Source: Fibrobacterota bacterium
GTDB taxonomy: Bacteria; Fibrobacterota; Fibrobacteria; UBA11236
NCBI GenBank assembly: GCA_947466585.1
Contig: CANIEU010000005.1
Span: forward strand, 64,412 to 128,411
Length of the DNA stretch: 64,000 bases
Direction of reading: 5' to 3'
The translations under genes were made by a program, and so were the position numbers. The notes beneath the pieces were generated by a model. The model was not told where the DNA came from. It did not search any database and worked only from the letters and a program-made list of their open reading frames with translations. Positions 38,433 through 48,045 of the stretch are shown here, piece by piece (positions within the stretch are counted from its first letter, which is position 1; every line of letters begins with the position of its first letter).

Positions 38433-38713
38433 AGCCGGGCTGTGACCGTCGCTCTAGAGTGTCGCCTTCCGTCGCGAGGCTACCAGCCTCGGTGGCTCGC
38501 GCCATCGGCGCTCACGCTATCAGATCGGTGCAGGCAACATTCGACCCTCCTCAGGCTCCTACTAGAGCTTGGTCTCGCTCCGGCTGTGCTTTAGCATTGA
38601 GTTCTTTATGTATGAACCAAAAAAAGGCGGCCCCGCAAGGAGTGGCCTTTTTCTTTGTTCATGAAATTCTCAATGCCGGAGCGACACCCTAGAGCGGCGG
38701 TCGCAGCCCGGCT
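38433..38713. repeat. 281-bp structured element bounded by 33-bp imperfect terminal inverted repeats (MITE-like or sRNA/terminator module)
   Basis: AGCCGGGCTGTGACCGTCGCTCTAGAGTGTCGC (38433-38465) pairs with its reverse complement at 38681-38713 (30 of 33 match). The interior holds a nested hairpin ATGAAC-A7GGC-GGCC..GGCC-T5-GTTCAT at about 38608-38665, plus several smaller GC hairpins. Confidence 0.6.
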
Positions 38714-39354
38714 TATTTCTTTTTAAACGCGTGCGCCACCATCCCCATATAGGGATACTGCGATTCGGAGGCGATGGAGGTCACGGCACCCCCGTTTTCG
38801 ATTTGACGGATCTGGCCGGCGCCCTGCGGGTATTCGATGCCGGTGTAGGTGGCGTAAATGATATGCGTCGCGCCGATCCACATGCCGCGTTCAATGGCCG
38901 CATAGGCGAGGTTCCGTTTCCGTTCCTCAAGTCTGATGGCCGAGTTGGAGGTTTCGTAGAAGCAGAAATAGGGGAGGGGCGTGGCGCCGAGCGTGAAAAG
39001 GCTGCCGTACATCAGCGTCATGATGGGCGGGCAATAAAAGCGGCGCCAGGTTTCGTTGAAATCCACGAATCCGAGCCGCCAGTTGTCGAAGTTGCGCCGC
39101 ACGTAGATCTTGCCGAGGTATTCGTATTTGGATTTGTCGTAGCGCACCACGCCATCGGTACCCAAGGTGAAATCGTCGGGTGCGTTTTCAACGAAGAGGT
39201 GCGGGGTGACGTCGGTCGGCGTGACTTCGCTGTGTTTGTAGAAATCGCCGGCGCGGTCTGCGCGAGCTTCGAACACGGTGCTTGCACATCCCCCTAAGAT
39301 CGAGGCGCCGAGCAGGCTTCCAACGATGGTACCAAGTACAACGAGTCGCTTCAT
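38713..39354 (-). CDS. hypothetical lipoprotein
   Basis: 213 aa. Signal peptide plus lipobox (SILGGCAS). Confidence 0.55.
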   Translation of the reverse strand: MKRLVVLGTIVGSLLGASILGGCASTVFEARADRAGDFYKHSEVTPTDVTPHLFVENAPDDFTLGTDGVVRYDKSKYEYLGKIYVRRNFDNWRLGFVDFNETWRRFYCPPIMTLMYGSLFTLGATPLPYFCFYETSNSAIRLEERKRNLAYAAIERGMWIGATHIIYATYTGIEYPQGAGQIRQIENGGAVTSIASESQYPYMGMVAHAFKKK

Positions 39355-39378
39355 GCTGAGGTCTCCGGGTCCGTGTGA

Positions 39379-39420
39379 ATTTCGGTGGAACTAGGTGAAT
39401 CCGGTCGAATTTCAGGTGCG
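39379..39420. promoter_or_regulatory. 10/11-bp periodic direct repeats (GTGAATTTCGG / GTGAATCCGG / TCGAATTTCAG) just upstream of the lipoprotein gene
   Basis: Three to four copies spaced one helical turn apart, 25-65 nt upstream of the minus-strand ATG at 39354. Confidence 0.4.
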
Positions 39421-39604
39421 GGTTTTGGGGCATATAATAGCTTCACGGGCGAATTCCCCAAAAAGGGGGGGCGAAGTGTATCCCCTCGATCCGGCTGTTT
39501 CCGTATCCCGGGGGCTCACGGGGTGTTACCTTCGACCTTCTACCGCTGCGTAGCCTTTCCGGCAACCCAGCAATCTCAGAAATCCTAGGAATCCCAGAAA
39601 TCTT

Positions 39605-40015
39605 ATGGCCCGTTCATCTTCAAGCAGCGACGAACCCACCTACGAGGGGCTCCGCAAGGAGTGTACGGCGGCGAGCGAGTACACCACCAAGCTGGATCTG
39701 ACGTTCGGGACGGTGGGGTGTCGCTTCAATCTGCGCCGCAAGTCGGCGCGCATCGACATCAACCTCGAACCGACCCTCTACAACATCATCCCCGATCGTT
39801 GGCGCGAAATCGCGAAGCAGCACGATGAATACGTGAAGGTGAGCTTCGCCCGGGTGGACTGGAAAGACATGACCGCCCAGATCCGCACCGACGGCCTCTG
39901 CATCGATGTGCTCCGCGAAGACGTGGAGGAGTGGTTTCAGATGCTTTACGCGCGGCTGAACGCGCAAGAGGGCATGACCGGCATCAGCCCGAATCAGCGC
40001 AAACGCGGGTGGTAG
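39605..40015 (+). CDS. hypothetical protein
   Basis: 136 aa with no recognised motif. Ends 5 nt before the yaiI-like gene, so the two are probably co-transcribed. Confidence 0.45.
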   Translation: MARSSSSSDEPTYEGLRKECTAASEYTTKLDLTFGTVGCRFNLRRKSARIDINLEPTLYNIIPDRWREIAKQHDEYVKVSFARVDWKDMTAQIRTDGLCIDVLREDVEEWFQMLYARLNAQEGMTGISPNQRKRGW

Positions 40016-40019
40016 TCCG

Positions 40020-40496
40020 GTGATGACAATTTACGTGGATGCGGATGCGTGTCCGGTAAAGGATGAGGTGTATCGCGTTGCCGCGCGCCATGCAGTGGCG
40101 GTGATCGTGGTGGCCAACTCGCTGATGCGCATGCCGGTGGGAGCAGAGGCCGCACTGGTGCGCCTCGAAGTGGTCGGCAATGCCTTTGATGAGGCGGACG
40201 ATTGGATCGCCGAACGCGCCAAGGCGGGCGATATTGTGATCACCTCCGACATTCTACTGGCGGGGCGCTGCATCAACGTGGGCAGCGGCACCGGTGCCTT
40301 TGTGCTCAGCCCGACCGGGAAGCCCTTTACGGAAGACAACATCGGCACGGCGACGGTGACGCGCGAACTCATGGCGGACATGCGCGCCATGGGCGAAATC
40401 CGCGGCGGTCCATCACCGTTTCAGAAAAAGGATCGTGGGATTTTTCTGCAGGAGTTGGAGAAGGCTGTAGTGAAGGGGAAAAGGGTGAAAGGGTAA
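40020..40496 (+). CDS. yaiI: UPF0178/YaiI family protein (DUF188)
   Basis: 158 aa. Hallmark N-terminus MMTIYVDADACPVKDEV. Confidence 0.75.
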   Translation: MMTIYVDADACPVKDEVYRVAARHAVAVIVVANSLMRMPVGAEAALVRLEVVGNAFDEADDWIAERAKAGDIVITSDILLAGRCINVGSGTGAFVLSPTGKPFTEDNIGTATVTRELMADMRAMGEIRGGPSPFQKKDRGIFLQELEKAVVKGKRVKG

Positions 40497-40523
40497 GGCC
40501 CGATGTTTGGCCCATAGTGCTTC

Positions 40524-41549
40524 TTAAAGCAACCCCACCTGCTCCGTCCCAGCAGCCGGTGGCATCAGCCCCAAATGCCGATACGCATTCGCCGTCGCAA
40601 CGCGCCCGCGCGGCGTTCGCTTCAGAAACCCGATCTGCAGCAGGTAGGGTTCGTAAACCTCCTCCACCGTCTGCTCTTCCTCACCAATCGACGCCCCGAG
40701 CGTAGACAAACCCACCGGTCCGCCTTCGAACTTGGTGATGATGGTCCGCAGAATCACACGGTCCATCTCGTCGAGGCCTAGCGCATCGATCCCCAACATT
40801 TGCAGCGTCCGCTCGGCCGTGGCCGCATCGATGACGCGGATGCCCTTGACCTGCGCCACGTCGCGGCAGCGGCGCAGCACGCGGTTGCCGATGCGCGGCG
40901 TGCCGCGGCAGCGTGCGGCCAGGAGGTCGCGTCCCTCGGAGGAGAGTTCCATTCCCAGAATCTTCGCCGAGCGTGTCAGGATGCGCTTCATCTCGGCTTC
41001 GGTATACATCTCCAAACGGAAGCTCAGGCCGAAGCGGTCGCGCAGGGGAGAGGTGAGCATGCCCGTGCGGGTTGTCGCCCCAATAAGAGTGAAGCGCTTG
41101 AGCGGCAGATTGATGCTCTTCGCCGACGGCCCGGGTTCGAGCAAAATGTCGATCTTGAAATCTTCCATGGCCGGGTAGAGGAATTCCTCGATGACCCGGT
41201 TGAGGCGGTGGATTTCGTCGATGAAGAGTACGTCGTGCGAGTCGAGGTTGGTGAGCAGACCCGCGAGTTCCGAGGGCTTCGACAGCGCCGGGCCGGAGGT
41301 GATCTTGAGGTTCGCGCCCATTTCTTTGGCCACGATGTGGGCCAGGGTCGTTTTGCCGAGGCCTGGCGGTCCGGCGAGTAGAATGTGATCGATGGGTTCG
41401 TTGCGCTGCTTGGCGGCTTGCAGAAAGATCGAGAGGCTTTCCTTCAGCTTTTCCTGACCGGTAAAGTCGGAAAGCGTGGAAGGACGCAGGCTGATATCGC
41501 CCTCGGGGTCGTCGCCCAATTGCTGGGGAGCGATGATGCGTTCAGCCAT
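40524..41549 (-). CDS. ruvB: Holliday junction branch-migration helicase RuvB
   Basis: 341 aa counted from ATG 41547-41549. Walker [15 protein letters not shown], with full-length RuvB conservation. Confidence 0.9.
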   Translation of the reverse strand: MAERIIAPQQLGDDPEGDISLRPSTLSDFTGQEKLKESLSIFLQAAKQRNEPIDHILLAGPPGLGKTTLAHIVAKEMGANLKITSGPALSKPSELAGLLTNLDSHDVLFIDEIHRLNRVIEEFLYPAMEDFKIDILLEPGPSAKSINLPLKRFTLIGATTRTGMLTSPLRDRFGLSFRLEMYTEAEMKRILTRSAKILGMELSSEGRDLLAARCRGTPRIGNRVLRRCRDVAQVKGIRVIDAATAERTLQMLGIDALGLDEMDRVILRTIITKFEGGPVGLSTLGASIGEEEQTVEEVYEPYLLQIGFLKRTPRGRVATANAYRHLGLMPPAAGTEQVGLL

Positions 41550-41625
41550 GGTACAAAGATAGATCGGGGCGTTGATCCGTGGATACTGCACAAGATCCCC
41601 TACCAAGATAGGGAAGGGCCCGTTC

Positions 41626-42228
41626 TTAGGCTTCTTGGAGGGCCTGGGCGATCAGCGCGCCGGCAGCCGCCTCCGCGCCCAGCTTGGCCGAGGCCTTGCG
41701 GACGGCTTCCTGCGCCGCAGTATCCTTGACTCCAAGCGAGATCAGCGCCATCACCGCATCGCGGAAGGTCGTGCCTTCGGCGGAGGATTCGGCACTCGCG
41801 CCTTCCTCGTGCGGCAGGTCGAGTTTGGAAAGGCCCGAGCGCAGCGAGGCAATGAGCACCTCGGCGGTTTTTTTGCCCACGCCCTTGAGCGCGGTGAGGC
41901 CTTGCACGTCGCCGTGCAGAATCATATCGGCCAGCTTTTGCGGGCTCACGGCGGAGAGAATGCGTAGCGCCAGTTTGGGACCTACGCCTGATACACCGAG
42001 CAGTTTGAGAAAGAGCGCGCGTTCGGCGGCATCGGAAAACCCGTACAGGTCGAGGGCCTCTTCGCGCACATGCAGGTAGGTAAGGATCTCGACCTGATCG
42101 CCGGGGTTGCCCGCGCGCTCGGCGGTCCGCAGGGACACATCGAGGCCAAAGCCCACGCCGCCGCCCACTTCGATCACGAGGCGCGTGGCGTGCTTTGCGG
42201 CGAGACGACCGCGCAGAAACTCGATCAC
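41626..42228 (-). CDS. ruvA: Holliday junction DNA-binding protein RuvA
   Basis: 200 aa. HhH motifs ([12 protein letters not shown]). Confidence 0.85.
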   Translation of the reverse strand: MIEFLRGRLAAKHATRLVIEVGGGVGFGLDVSLRTAERAGNPGDQVEILTYLHVREEALDLYGFSDAAERALFLKLLGVSGVGPKLALRILSAVSPQKLADMILHGDVQGLTALKGVGKKTAEVLIASLRSGLSKLDLPHEEGASAESSAEGTTFRDAVMALISLGVKDTAAQEAVRKASAKLGAEAAAGALIAQALQEA

Positions 42229-42274
42229 GGAATCACCCGCAGGGCGTTAATCGATCTGATTTTCGGGCAAGGTT

Positions 42275-42763
42275 TCATAAGGTTTTCTTTGCGGACTTTG
42301 CATGTAAAAGATGGCAAAATGCGACCGCGAGAGCGTCGGCCGCGTCGGCGGGTTTGGGCAGATCGCGGAGCTTGAGGTGGGATTGCATCAGGGCGGCCAC
42401 TTGCTCCTTGGAAGCGCCGCCATGGCCGACCGCGGCCTTTTTAACGAGACGTGGGGCATATTCTTCCACGGCGACACCGCGCGATTGGGCGGCCACCATG
42501 ATGGCGCCGCGCGCATGGCCGAGAATAAGGGCCGACTGCGGGAACTTGGCGAGGAAGATGGATTCGAGCGCCAGCACCTTGGGGCTGTACGTGTCGATGA
42601 GCACACCCAGTTCGCGATGGATTTTTTCAAGACGGCGGGGGAGAGGATCGGAGGCTCGACTGCGGACGACGCCGTATTCGAGTACGGTGATTTTGCCCGC
42701 GCGCTCTTCGAGGAAGGCGTAGCCGGTGACCGCGGTGCCCGGGTCCACTCCGAGCACGATCAT
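42275..42763 (-). CDS. ruvC: crossover junction endodeoxyribonuclease RuvC
   Basis: 162 aa. N-terminus MIVLGVDPGTAVTGYAFLE. Confidence 0.9.
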   Translation of the reverse strand: MIVLGVDPGTAVTGYAFLEERAGKITVLEYGVVRSRASDPLPRRLEKIHRELGVLIDTYSPKVLALESIFLAKFPQSALILGHARGAIMVAAQSRGVAVEEYAPRLVKKAAVGHGGASKEQVAALMQSHLKLRDLPKPADAADALAVAFCHLLHAKSAKKTL

Positions 42764-42806
42764 TGGGGTCCTGACCCCTGTGCGATCACCGCAGCCTCCC
42801 GGTCAA

Positions 42807-43559
42807 TCAGAGATTTTCGATCTCGTCGGGATCGAACTCGGCGTTGGTGTGCACGTTCTGCACGTCGTCGAGATCGTCGAGAATTTCGAGCAGCGCCATG
42901 GCGCGCGCGGCGTCGGCACCGGTGACCTTGATCATGTTGTCAGCGACCTTGACCAGTTCGGAACTGGAGGGCTCCAGACCCTTCTTGGTCAAGGCGTCCA
43001 CCAGCGAATGGAAGTGCTCGGGCTCGACGCGGATTTCATATTCGTCACCGGAGGCGTCGAAATCTTCGGCCCCGTTTTCGGTGGCGAATTCGAACAACGC
43101 ATCTTCGCCGATCTTGTCCTTGGGCACGGTGATGATACCCCGGCTCTTGAACATCCAACCCACGGAGCCTTCTTCGCCCATGTTGCCACCGTGCTTACTG
43201 AAGGCGTGGCGCACTTCGGCGACCGTGCGGACGCGGTTGTCGGTGACGGTGTCGACGAGAATGGCAGTGCCACCCGGGCCGTAACCCTCGTAGGTGATTT
43301 CGAGATAGTTGACGCCCTCGAGTTCGCCGGCACCCTTGGCGATGTTGGTCTCGATGTTCTTCTGCGGCATGTTGGCCGCCTTGGCCTTGATCACCGCCGC
43401 GCGCAGACGGGGGTTGCCGTCGGGGTCGGAACCGCCCGCGCGGGCGGCTACCGTGAGCTCACGGATGATGCGGTTGAAGACCTTGGCGCGGGCCTGGTCG
43501 ATGCGCGCCTTTTTGCGTTTGGTGGTTGCCCATTTTGAGTGGCCGGACATGGAAAAACC
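42807..43559 (-). CDS. YebC/PmpR family DNA-binding regulator
   Basis: 250 aa counted from ATG 43557-43559 (MSGHSKWATTKRKKA...). The longer six-frame ORF upstream is rejected. Confidence 0.85.
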   Translation of the reverse strand, partial: GFSMSGHSKWATTKRKKARIDQARAKVFNRIIRELTVAARAGGSDPDGNPRLRAAVIKAKAANMPQKNIETNIAKGAGELEGVNYLEITYEGYGPGGTAILVDTVTDNRVRTVAEVRHAFSKHGGNMGEEGSVGWMFKSRGIITVPKDKIGEDALFEFATENGAEDFDASGDEYEIRVEPEHFHSLVDALTKKGLEPSSSELVKVADNMIKVTGADAARAMALLEILDDLDDVQNVHTNAEFDPDEIENL

Positions 43560-43632
43560 TCGAAGGAGTGAGGGAGAATAATAGCTAAGCGGGACGGTCG
43601 GAGCGGTTACCGGTTCTCTGCCGTAGGATGCA

Positions 43633-45354
43633 TCAATACCGCAGGGTGATTTCGCCGAAGAAGGTCGGGGTGCTGAGCGAAACGCTGGGATTCCCTTGAT
43701 AATTCTCCACCCATAATCCGCCGGTACCGAGCTTGAAGAGGGTGTAGCGCTGCCATTGCCACGAGGCGGCGAAGTCGAGGGTTTGCCGGGTTTCCACGTC
43801 CTGTTCGAGGAACGCTTTTTCGTCTTCGGAGGGACTGCTCGGGGCATCATCGAAAATCGAACTGCCGGCCGAACGAAAATCGCGTTGTCGGATGTTGTAG
43901 GCGAGCGAGCCTTCTGCAGAGGCCGGTAGCGGGAAAACCGCCTCGAGCCAGACGGCCTGCGAGTTGGGAGGAAGGGCCGAGCCCAGCAAGGCACCATAGT
44001 GCTGCATGGCGGTGTTGTAGCGCCGATGGCCATACACCCACGGATCGACATGCGCATATTCCGCATGGAGTTCAGCCGGAAGACCGAAAGGGTCTTGCCA
44101 CGAACCTCCGAACATCCAGGCGAATTTATTGCCCCAGTAACTCAGCGGCGGACCGCTGTAATCGTCCATCAGAAATTCGCCGTACACCCGCCCGTGTCCG
44201 TGAAGCGTGTATTCGGCATCAAAGGACATTATTGAGTTGTCGCGATCGCCGTCGTCGTGTTCGGAGATTTTAAGGGGAATACCCGGGAGCAACAGGATCG
44301 GGGTCATGTCGCGAGTGCCGATTGCGAGCATCTCCGTGGATCCCAAGGTTACGGGGCCGAGGCGAATCTGCAGACGATGGGCGACTAACGTTGCCGAGGA
44401 ATCGGAATCGAGTCCCTTGCGCTTCGCAATGACTTTCACGTATTCCCAATCCTTGCCGTGAACGACCAGACGGATCTGTTGCATGGGAGCGGATTCGCCG
44501 GGAAAGCGATATCCGTGGCGGGGTTCGCGGCGATCGCTGGGGAGGATGCCTTGGTAACCGGTTACGGAATTCGGATTGCCGTAATCGCTGCTCGAACGCA
44601 ACGAATCCCCGACCCAGAAGAAGGGATGCGAACCGAGGGTGGGATGTTGCCAATGACCCGGTCCCCATTGGTTCCAGTCTTGCCCGGCCTCGATGTGAAA
44701 GAGGGAGTGCTGATAACCCATGATCGCCCGATACCCGTCGAAGGTTGTGGCATCGTGCATGCGCCCACCCTCGGTCCGTGCGGAGTTGTGGGGCATTCCA
44801 TTTTGCGGATCGTAATCGGCTGCGTATTCGCGGTGGATGCTGCGTTCCATGGCGAGTGTGGGAGCCAGCGAGAAGTATCCGTGATCGAGAAACAGGGCTT
44901 CCACATGGGGGGTCAGGCTGCCGAGGGCCCAAAGGTGGTATCGGGGGATGGAATCCGCGGAGTAGATCCCCGTGAAATATTCCACATCGGCGATCAGTTT
45001 GAGTTGGGGCGTTTCGCGGTGGAGACGCGTGCCGCGCAGCCGCCGTTCGGGTTCGAATTCGTTTAGGTATCGCTCGAGCTTGCGGCGATCCCAAGAGGAG
45101 AGTTCTATGCCGGAGGAACGGGTCGCGCCTTGAGTTTGCGCGTTGGCCCGTGCCAAAGCCTGCACCAGCGCGGCCGCCACCTCGGACTGATCGCGCGGCA
45201 AGGTGCTCCAAAACCCCGGAGAGATCAGGCCCTTCTCTTCGAGTCGACGCAGAAATGGGACCACCGGGTGTGAAACTTCGACCGGCACCACGGAGGCGTA
45301 TCCGGTTGCCCACCCCAAGGCGAGCACGAAAATCAGACGGTGGAAGCGGCGCAT
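43633..45354 (-). CDS. outer-membrane beta-barrel protein (possibly Wzi-like capsule-assembly family), paralog 1
   Basis: 573 aa. Signal peptide and a C-terminal aromatic residue (TLRY). About 45% identical to the adjacent paralog. The Wzi assignment is tentative. Confidence 0.5.
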   Translation of the reverse strand: MRRFHRLIFVLALGWATGYASVVPVEVSHPVVPFLRRLEEKGLISPGFWSTLPRDQSEVAAALVQALARANAQTQGATRSSGIELSSWDRRKLERYLNEFEPERRLRGTRLHRETPQLKLIADVEYFTGIYSADSIPRYHLWALGSLTPHVEALFLDHGYFSLAPTLAMERSIHREYAADYDPQNGMPHNSARTEGGRMHDATTFDGYRAIMGYQHSLFHIEAGQDWNQWGPGHWQHPTLGSHPFFWVGDSLRSSSDYGNPNSVTGYQGILPSDRREPRHGYRFPGESAPMQQIRLVVHGKDWEYVKVIAKRKGLDSDSSATLVAHRLQIRLGPVTLGSTEMLAIGTRDMTPILLLPGIPLKISEHDDGDRDNSIMSFDAEYTLHGHGRVYGEFLMDDYSGPPLSYWGNKFAWMFGGSWQDPFGLPAELHAEYAHVDPWVYGHRRYNTAMQHYGALLGSALPPNSQAVWLEAVFPLPASAEGSLAYNIRQRDFRSAGSSIFDDAPSSPSEDEKAFLEQDVETRQTLDFAASWQWQRYTLFKLGTGGLWVENYQGNPSVSLSTPTFFGEITLRY

Positions 45355-45386
45355 TGGAACCCGTGTCGAAACTTAGTAGCGCTGCG

Positions 45387-47069
45387 TTAGTAGTGAAGGG
45401 TTACTTCGGTGAACCCCGTCGGGGTCGCCAGCGGCACGCCCGGGTTGCCGCGGAAGTTTTCCACCCACAATCCCCCCGCTCCCACGCGCAGTTGGGCATA
45501 GCGTTTCCAGTTCCACGACGCGGCGACCTCCACCGCATTGCGGGTTTCCACATCGCGCTCGAGAAAGGCCTTGGTCGTGGACTCGGGTGGCGGGCCGATG
45601 TCGTACACGTTGAAGATCGAACTGCCACGAGACTTGAGGTCGCGCTGGCGAAAGCGCCATTCCACGGATGCGTCGATATTGCGGGGAAGTGGGAACTCAG
45701 CCGAGGCCGAAAGCGCGCGAGAGTTGGGCGGCAGCGAGCTGCCCAGCAAGGCACCGTAATGCTGCATCGCGGTATTGCGCAGGTGGTGACCGTAAGTCCA
45801 CGGATCGACGCTCGCGTATTCTACGTGCAACTCGGCGGGCAGGTCGAAGGGATCCTGCCAAGCGCCGCCGACCACAATCGCAAATTTGTTGCCGCGGAAA
45901 TCGAATGGGGGGCCGCTGTAATCGTCTACCAACAATTCACCGTAGGCGCGTCCGTGGCCGGTCCAGGTCCACTCGACATCGGCGGAGATTGCGGAGTTGT
46001 CTTTGTCGCCGCCCGAGTGCTCGGCGAACTTCAAGGGAATGCCGGGAACCATCAGCAGCATGTCGGGGCCCTTGGTGCCGATGGTTAAAAGTTCCGAAGC
46101 ACCAAACTTCCAGTCACCGAGACGCAGTTGCACGCGATGGGCCACGAGATATACGGCAGAGTCGGCGGAAAGGCCCGTGCGCTGGGCCACGATCTTCACA
46201 TATTCCCAGCGATCGCCGCCGATGCGCAATCGGATCTGCGGCAGCGGTGCGTTTTCACCGGGATAGCGGTACCCCCGCCGGGCTTTCCAGAAGGTGTTTT
46301 CGGTACCCTCGAATCCCGAAAGGCTGTCGGCTGCGAGGGAATCCATCGCCCAAAAATGCGGGCGGGCACTGAGTGTGGCGTGTTGCCAGTGGCCCGGTCC
46401 CCATTGATTCCAGTCCTGGCCGGCATCTAGCGACAGACGCCCGTCGGTGAACCCGATCAGCGTGCGGAATCCGTCGAAGGTGGATACCGGCTGCGGAATG
46501 CCGGGCACCGGCTTTCCATCCCGACCCGTGCCATACGGCATGCCGCGTTGCGGGTTGTAATTCTCGATGAAGCGACCGTGGGTGTTGCGCTCGCTGCCGA
46601 TTGTCGCCTGGGCCGAAAAATAAACGTGCTCGCGATAGGTCCCTTGCACGCCGGGCGTCAAACTTCCGAACGCAAATGCCTGTGCATGCGGAACCGAATC
46701 TTGCGCATACACGCCGGTGAAATATTCCACCGTGCCGCGCAACTTGAACAGACTGTCGGAGAAGTGCAGGCGCGTGCTGCGCCACCGACGTTCCGGATCG
46801 AACTCTTCGAGGTAGCGTTCCACGCGCCGTTTGTCCCAAGGTGAGAGGTCGGCACCGTTGCCGTGCGCGGAGTCGATGGCGGATGCCAGTGCGGCGGCGA
46901 CTTCGCTTTCGGCGCGGGGGAGGGTGCTCCAAAATCCCGGATGGATGGCGCCCTTCTCTTCAAGCCGCCGCAGCAGGTTCGCGACGGGGTGGGTGACCTC
47001 GACCGGCATGGCCGGTGTGAGGGTCGGGACACTCAAAAGCAGGGCTGTGAATAGCGGAATCAGGCGCAT
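45387..47069 (-). CDS. outer-membrane beta-barrel protein, paralog 2
   Basis: 560 aa counted from ATG 47067-47069 (MRLIPLFTALLLSVPT...). Ends ...TLHY. Shares conserved blocks with paralog 1 (DWNQWGPGHWQH, NTAMQHYGALLGS). Confidence 0.5.
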   Translation of the reverse strand: MRLIPLFTALLLSVPTLTPAMPVEVTHPVANLLRRLEEKGAIHPGFWSTLPRAESEVAAALASAIDSAHGNGADLSPWDKRRVERYLEEFDPERRWRSTRLHFSDSLFKLRGTVEYFTGVYAQDSVPHAQAFAFGSLTPGVQGTYREHVYFSAQATIGSERNTHGRFIENYNPQRGMPYGTGRDGKPVPGIPQPVSTFDGFRTLIGFTDGRLSLDAGQDWNQWGPGHWQHATLSARPHFWAMDSLAADSLSGFEGTENTFWKARRGYRYPGENAPLPQIRLRIGGDRWEYVKIVAQRTGLSADSAVYLVAHRVQLRLGDWKFGASELLTIGTKGPDMLLMVPGIPLKFAEHSGGDKDNSAISADVEWTWTGHGRAYGELLVDDYSGPPFDFRGNKFAIVVGGAWQDPFDLPAELHVEYASVDPWTYGHHLRNTAMQHYGALLGSSLPPNSRALSASAEFPLPRNIDASVEWRFRQRDLKSRGSSIFNVYDIGPPPESTTKAFLERDVETRNAVEVAASWNWKRYAQLRVGAGGLWVENFRGNPGVPLATPTGFTEVTLHY

Positions 47070-47131
47070 GGAGGCGAATAGTAACCAACCCTGTGGCGCC
47101 GTGCCTTCTCTCGGGAGGCTATCTTTAACCC

Positions 47132-47686
47132 ATGATCCTCGCAATAACCTCGCTCGGAAAAGAGCCCAGCTCCCTCCAATTATCAGGGAATCCTTCTGAT
47201 TTCGTCGAATTCGCCGATTCGGGTATTTCCACCCCTATCCGGCTGAATCTGGATGTGACCCCTCTTTCCGGTGATTCGCATCTGGTGCAAGGCCGGGCCG
47301 TGGGAGCTTTGGCTGCCGAATGTGGTCGCTGCGTCGAGCCGATCACCCTCCCTTTCTCTGTGCATTTCAACCTCTTACTCGATCGCCAAGACCCGGTCGG
47401 GGTGGAGTGGGTCGATGACGACCATCAGGGCGTAGAGGACTATCAGGCCCATCTGGGGCCCGATGTGACGGAAATTCCTCTGCAATCCATCATTGCGGAA
47501 CAGCTCGTTTTGAACTATAATTTGCACCCTCTTCCGGATCTTGACGCGGCAGGCCGCTGCGTGCAATGCGGTCGGACTCCCATTGCGGTGGCCGAACCCA
47601 AGAAAAAGGATGAGGGAGTGGACCCCCGCTGGGCGAAACTCGAAGGTTTAAAGGGTTCTAGTGGTTTAGAAGGTTCGAAAGAGTAA
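47132..47686 (+). CDS. yceD: YceD/DUF177 family protein (large-subunit rRNA accumulation protein)
   Basis: 184 aa. Contains paired CxxC-like GRCVEP...RCVQCGR motifs. Occupies the conserved position upstream of rpmF. Confidence 0.7.
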   Translation: MILAITSLGKEPSSLQLSGNPSDFVEFADSGISTPIRLNLDVTPLSGDSHLVQGRAVGALAAECGRCVEPITLPFSVHFNLLLDRQDPVGVEWVDDDHQGVEDYQAHLGPDVTEIPLQSIIAEQLVLNYNLHPLPDLDAAGRCVQCGRTPIAVAEPKKKDEGVDPRWAKLEGLKGSSGLEGSKE

Positions 47687-47853
47687 GGGTCGATGGCCCT
47701 GCCGACGGTTCTCTGAAACCGGTACGGTGGCCAGCAGTCCTTCGCTCTTCGAATATCAAACTGACAAAGCTGAAATTGGATTGCGGTAAAGCACCATTTT
47801 CAATGAGCTTACAAAGAGTATCTGATTGTTCTGAGGATTTTAAGGGAGTTATC

Positions 47854-48033
47854 ATGGCAGTACCCAAACGGAAAACTTCGACGGCTCGCCGCGACAAGCG
47901 CCGGACCCACTGGAAGCTGGAGGCCGCTGCGGTTTCCAAGTGCACCCACTGCGGCCAAAACAAAATCGCACACCGCGTTTGCGGCAACTGCGGTTTTTAC
48001 GGTAACGCCGAGGTCCGCCAGCCGGCGGAGTAA
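47854..48033 (+). CDS. rpmF: 50S ribosomal protein L32
   Basis: 59 aa. N-terminus MAVPKRKTSTARRDKRR. Confidence 0.9.
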   Translation: MAVPKRKTSTARRDKRRTHWKLEAAAVSKCTHCGQNKIAHRVCGNCGFYGNAEVRQPAE

Positions 48034-48045
48034 CCCAACCCGCGA

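Noticed and set aside
38459-38692. 77-aa ORF inside the inverted-repeat-bounded element
   Set aside because: It lies entirely within a highly structured, terminator-containing intergenic element. It has a poor start context and no coding-like composition.
43560-44066. Long N-terminal extension of the YebC-family ORF (419 aa)
   Set aside because: The YebC family is ~250 aa and begins MSGHSKWATTKRKK at ATG 43557-43559. The extension is Pro/Ser/Arg-rich antisense-like sequence overlapping the 3' end of the adjacent outer-membrane protein gene.
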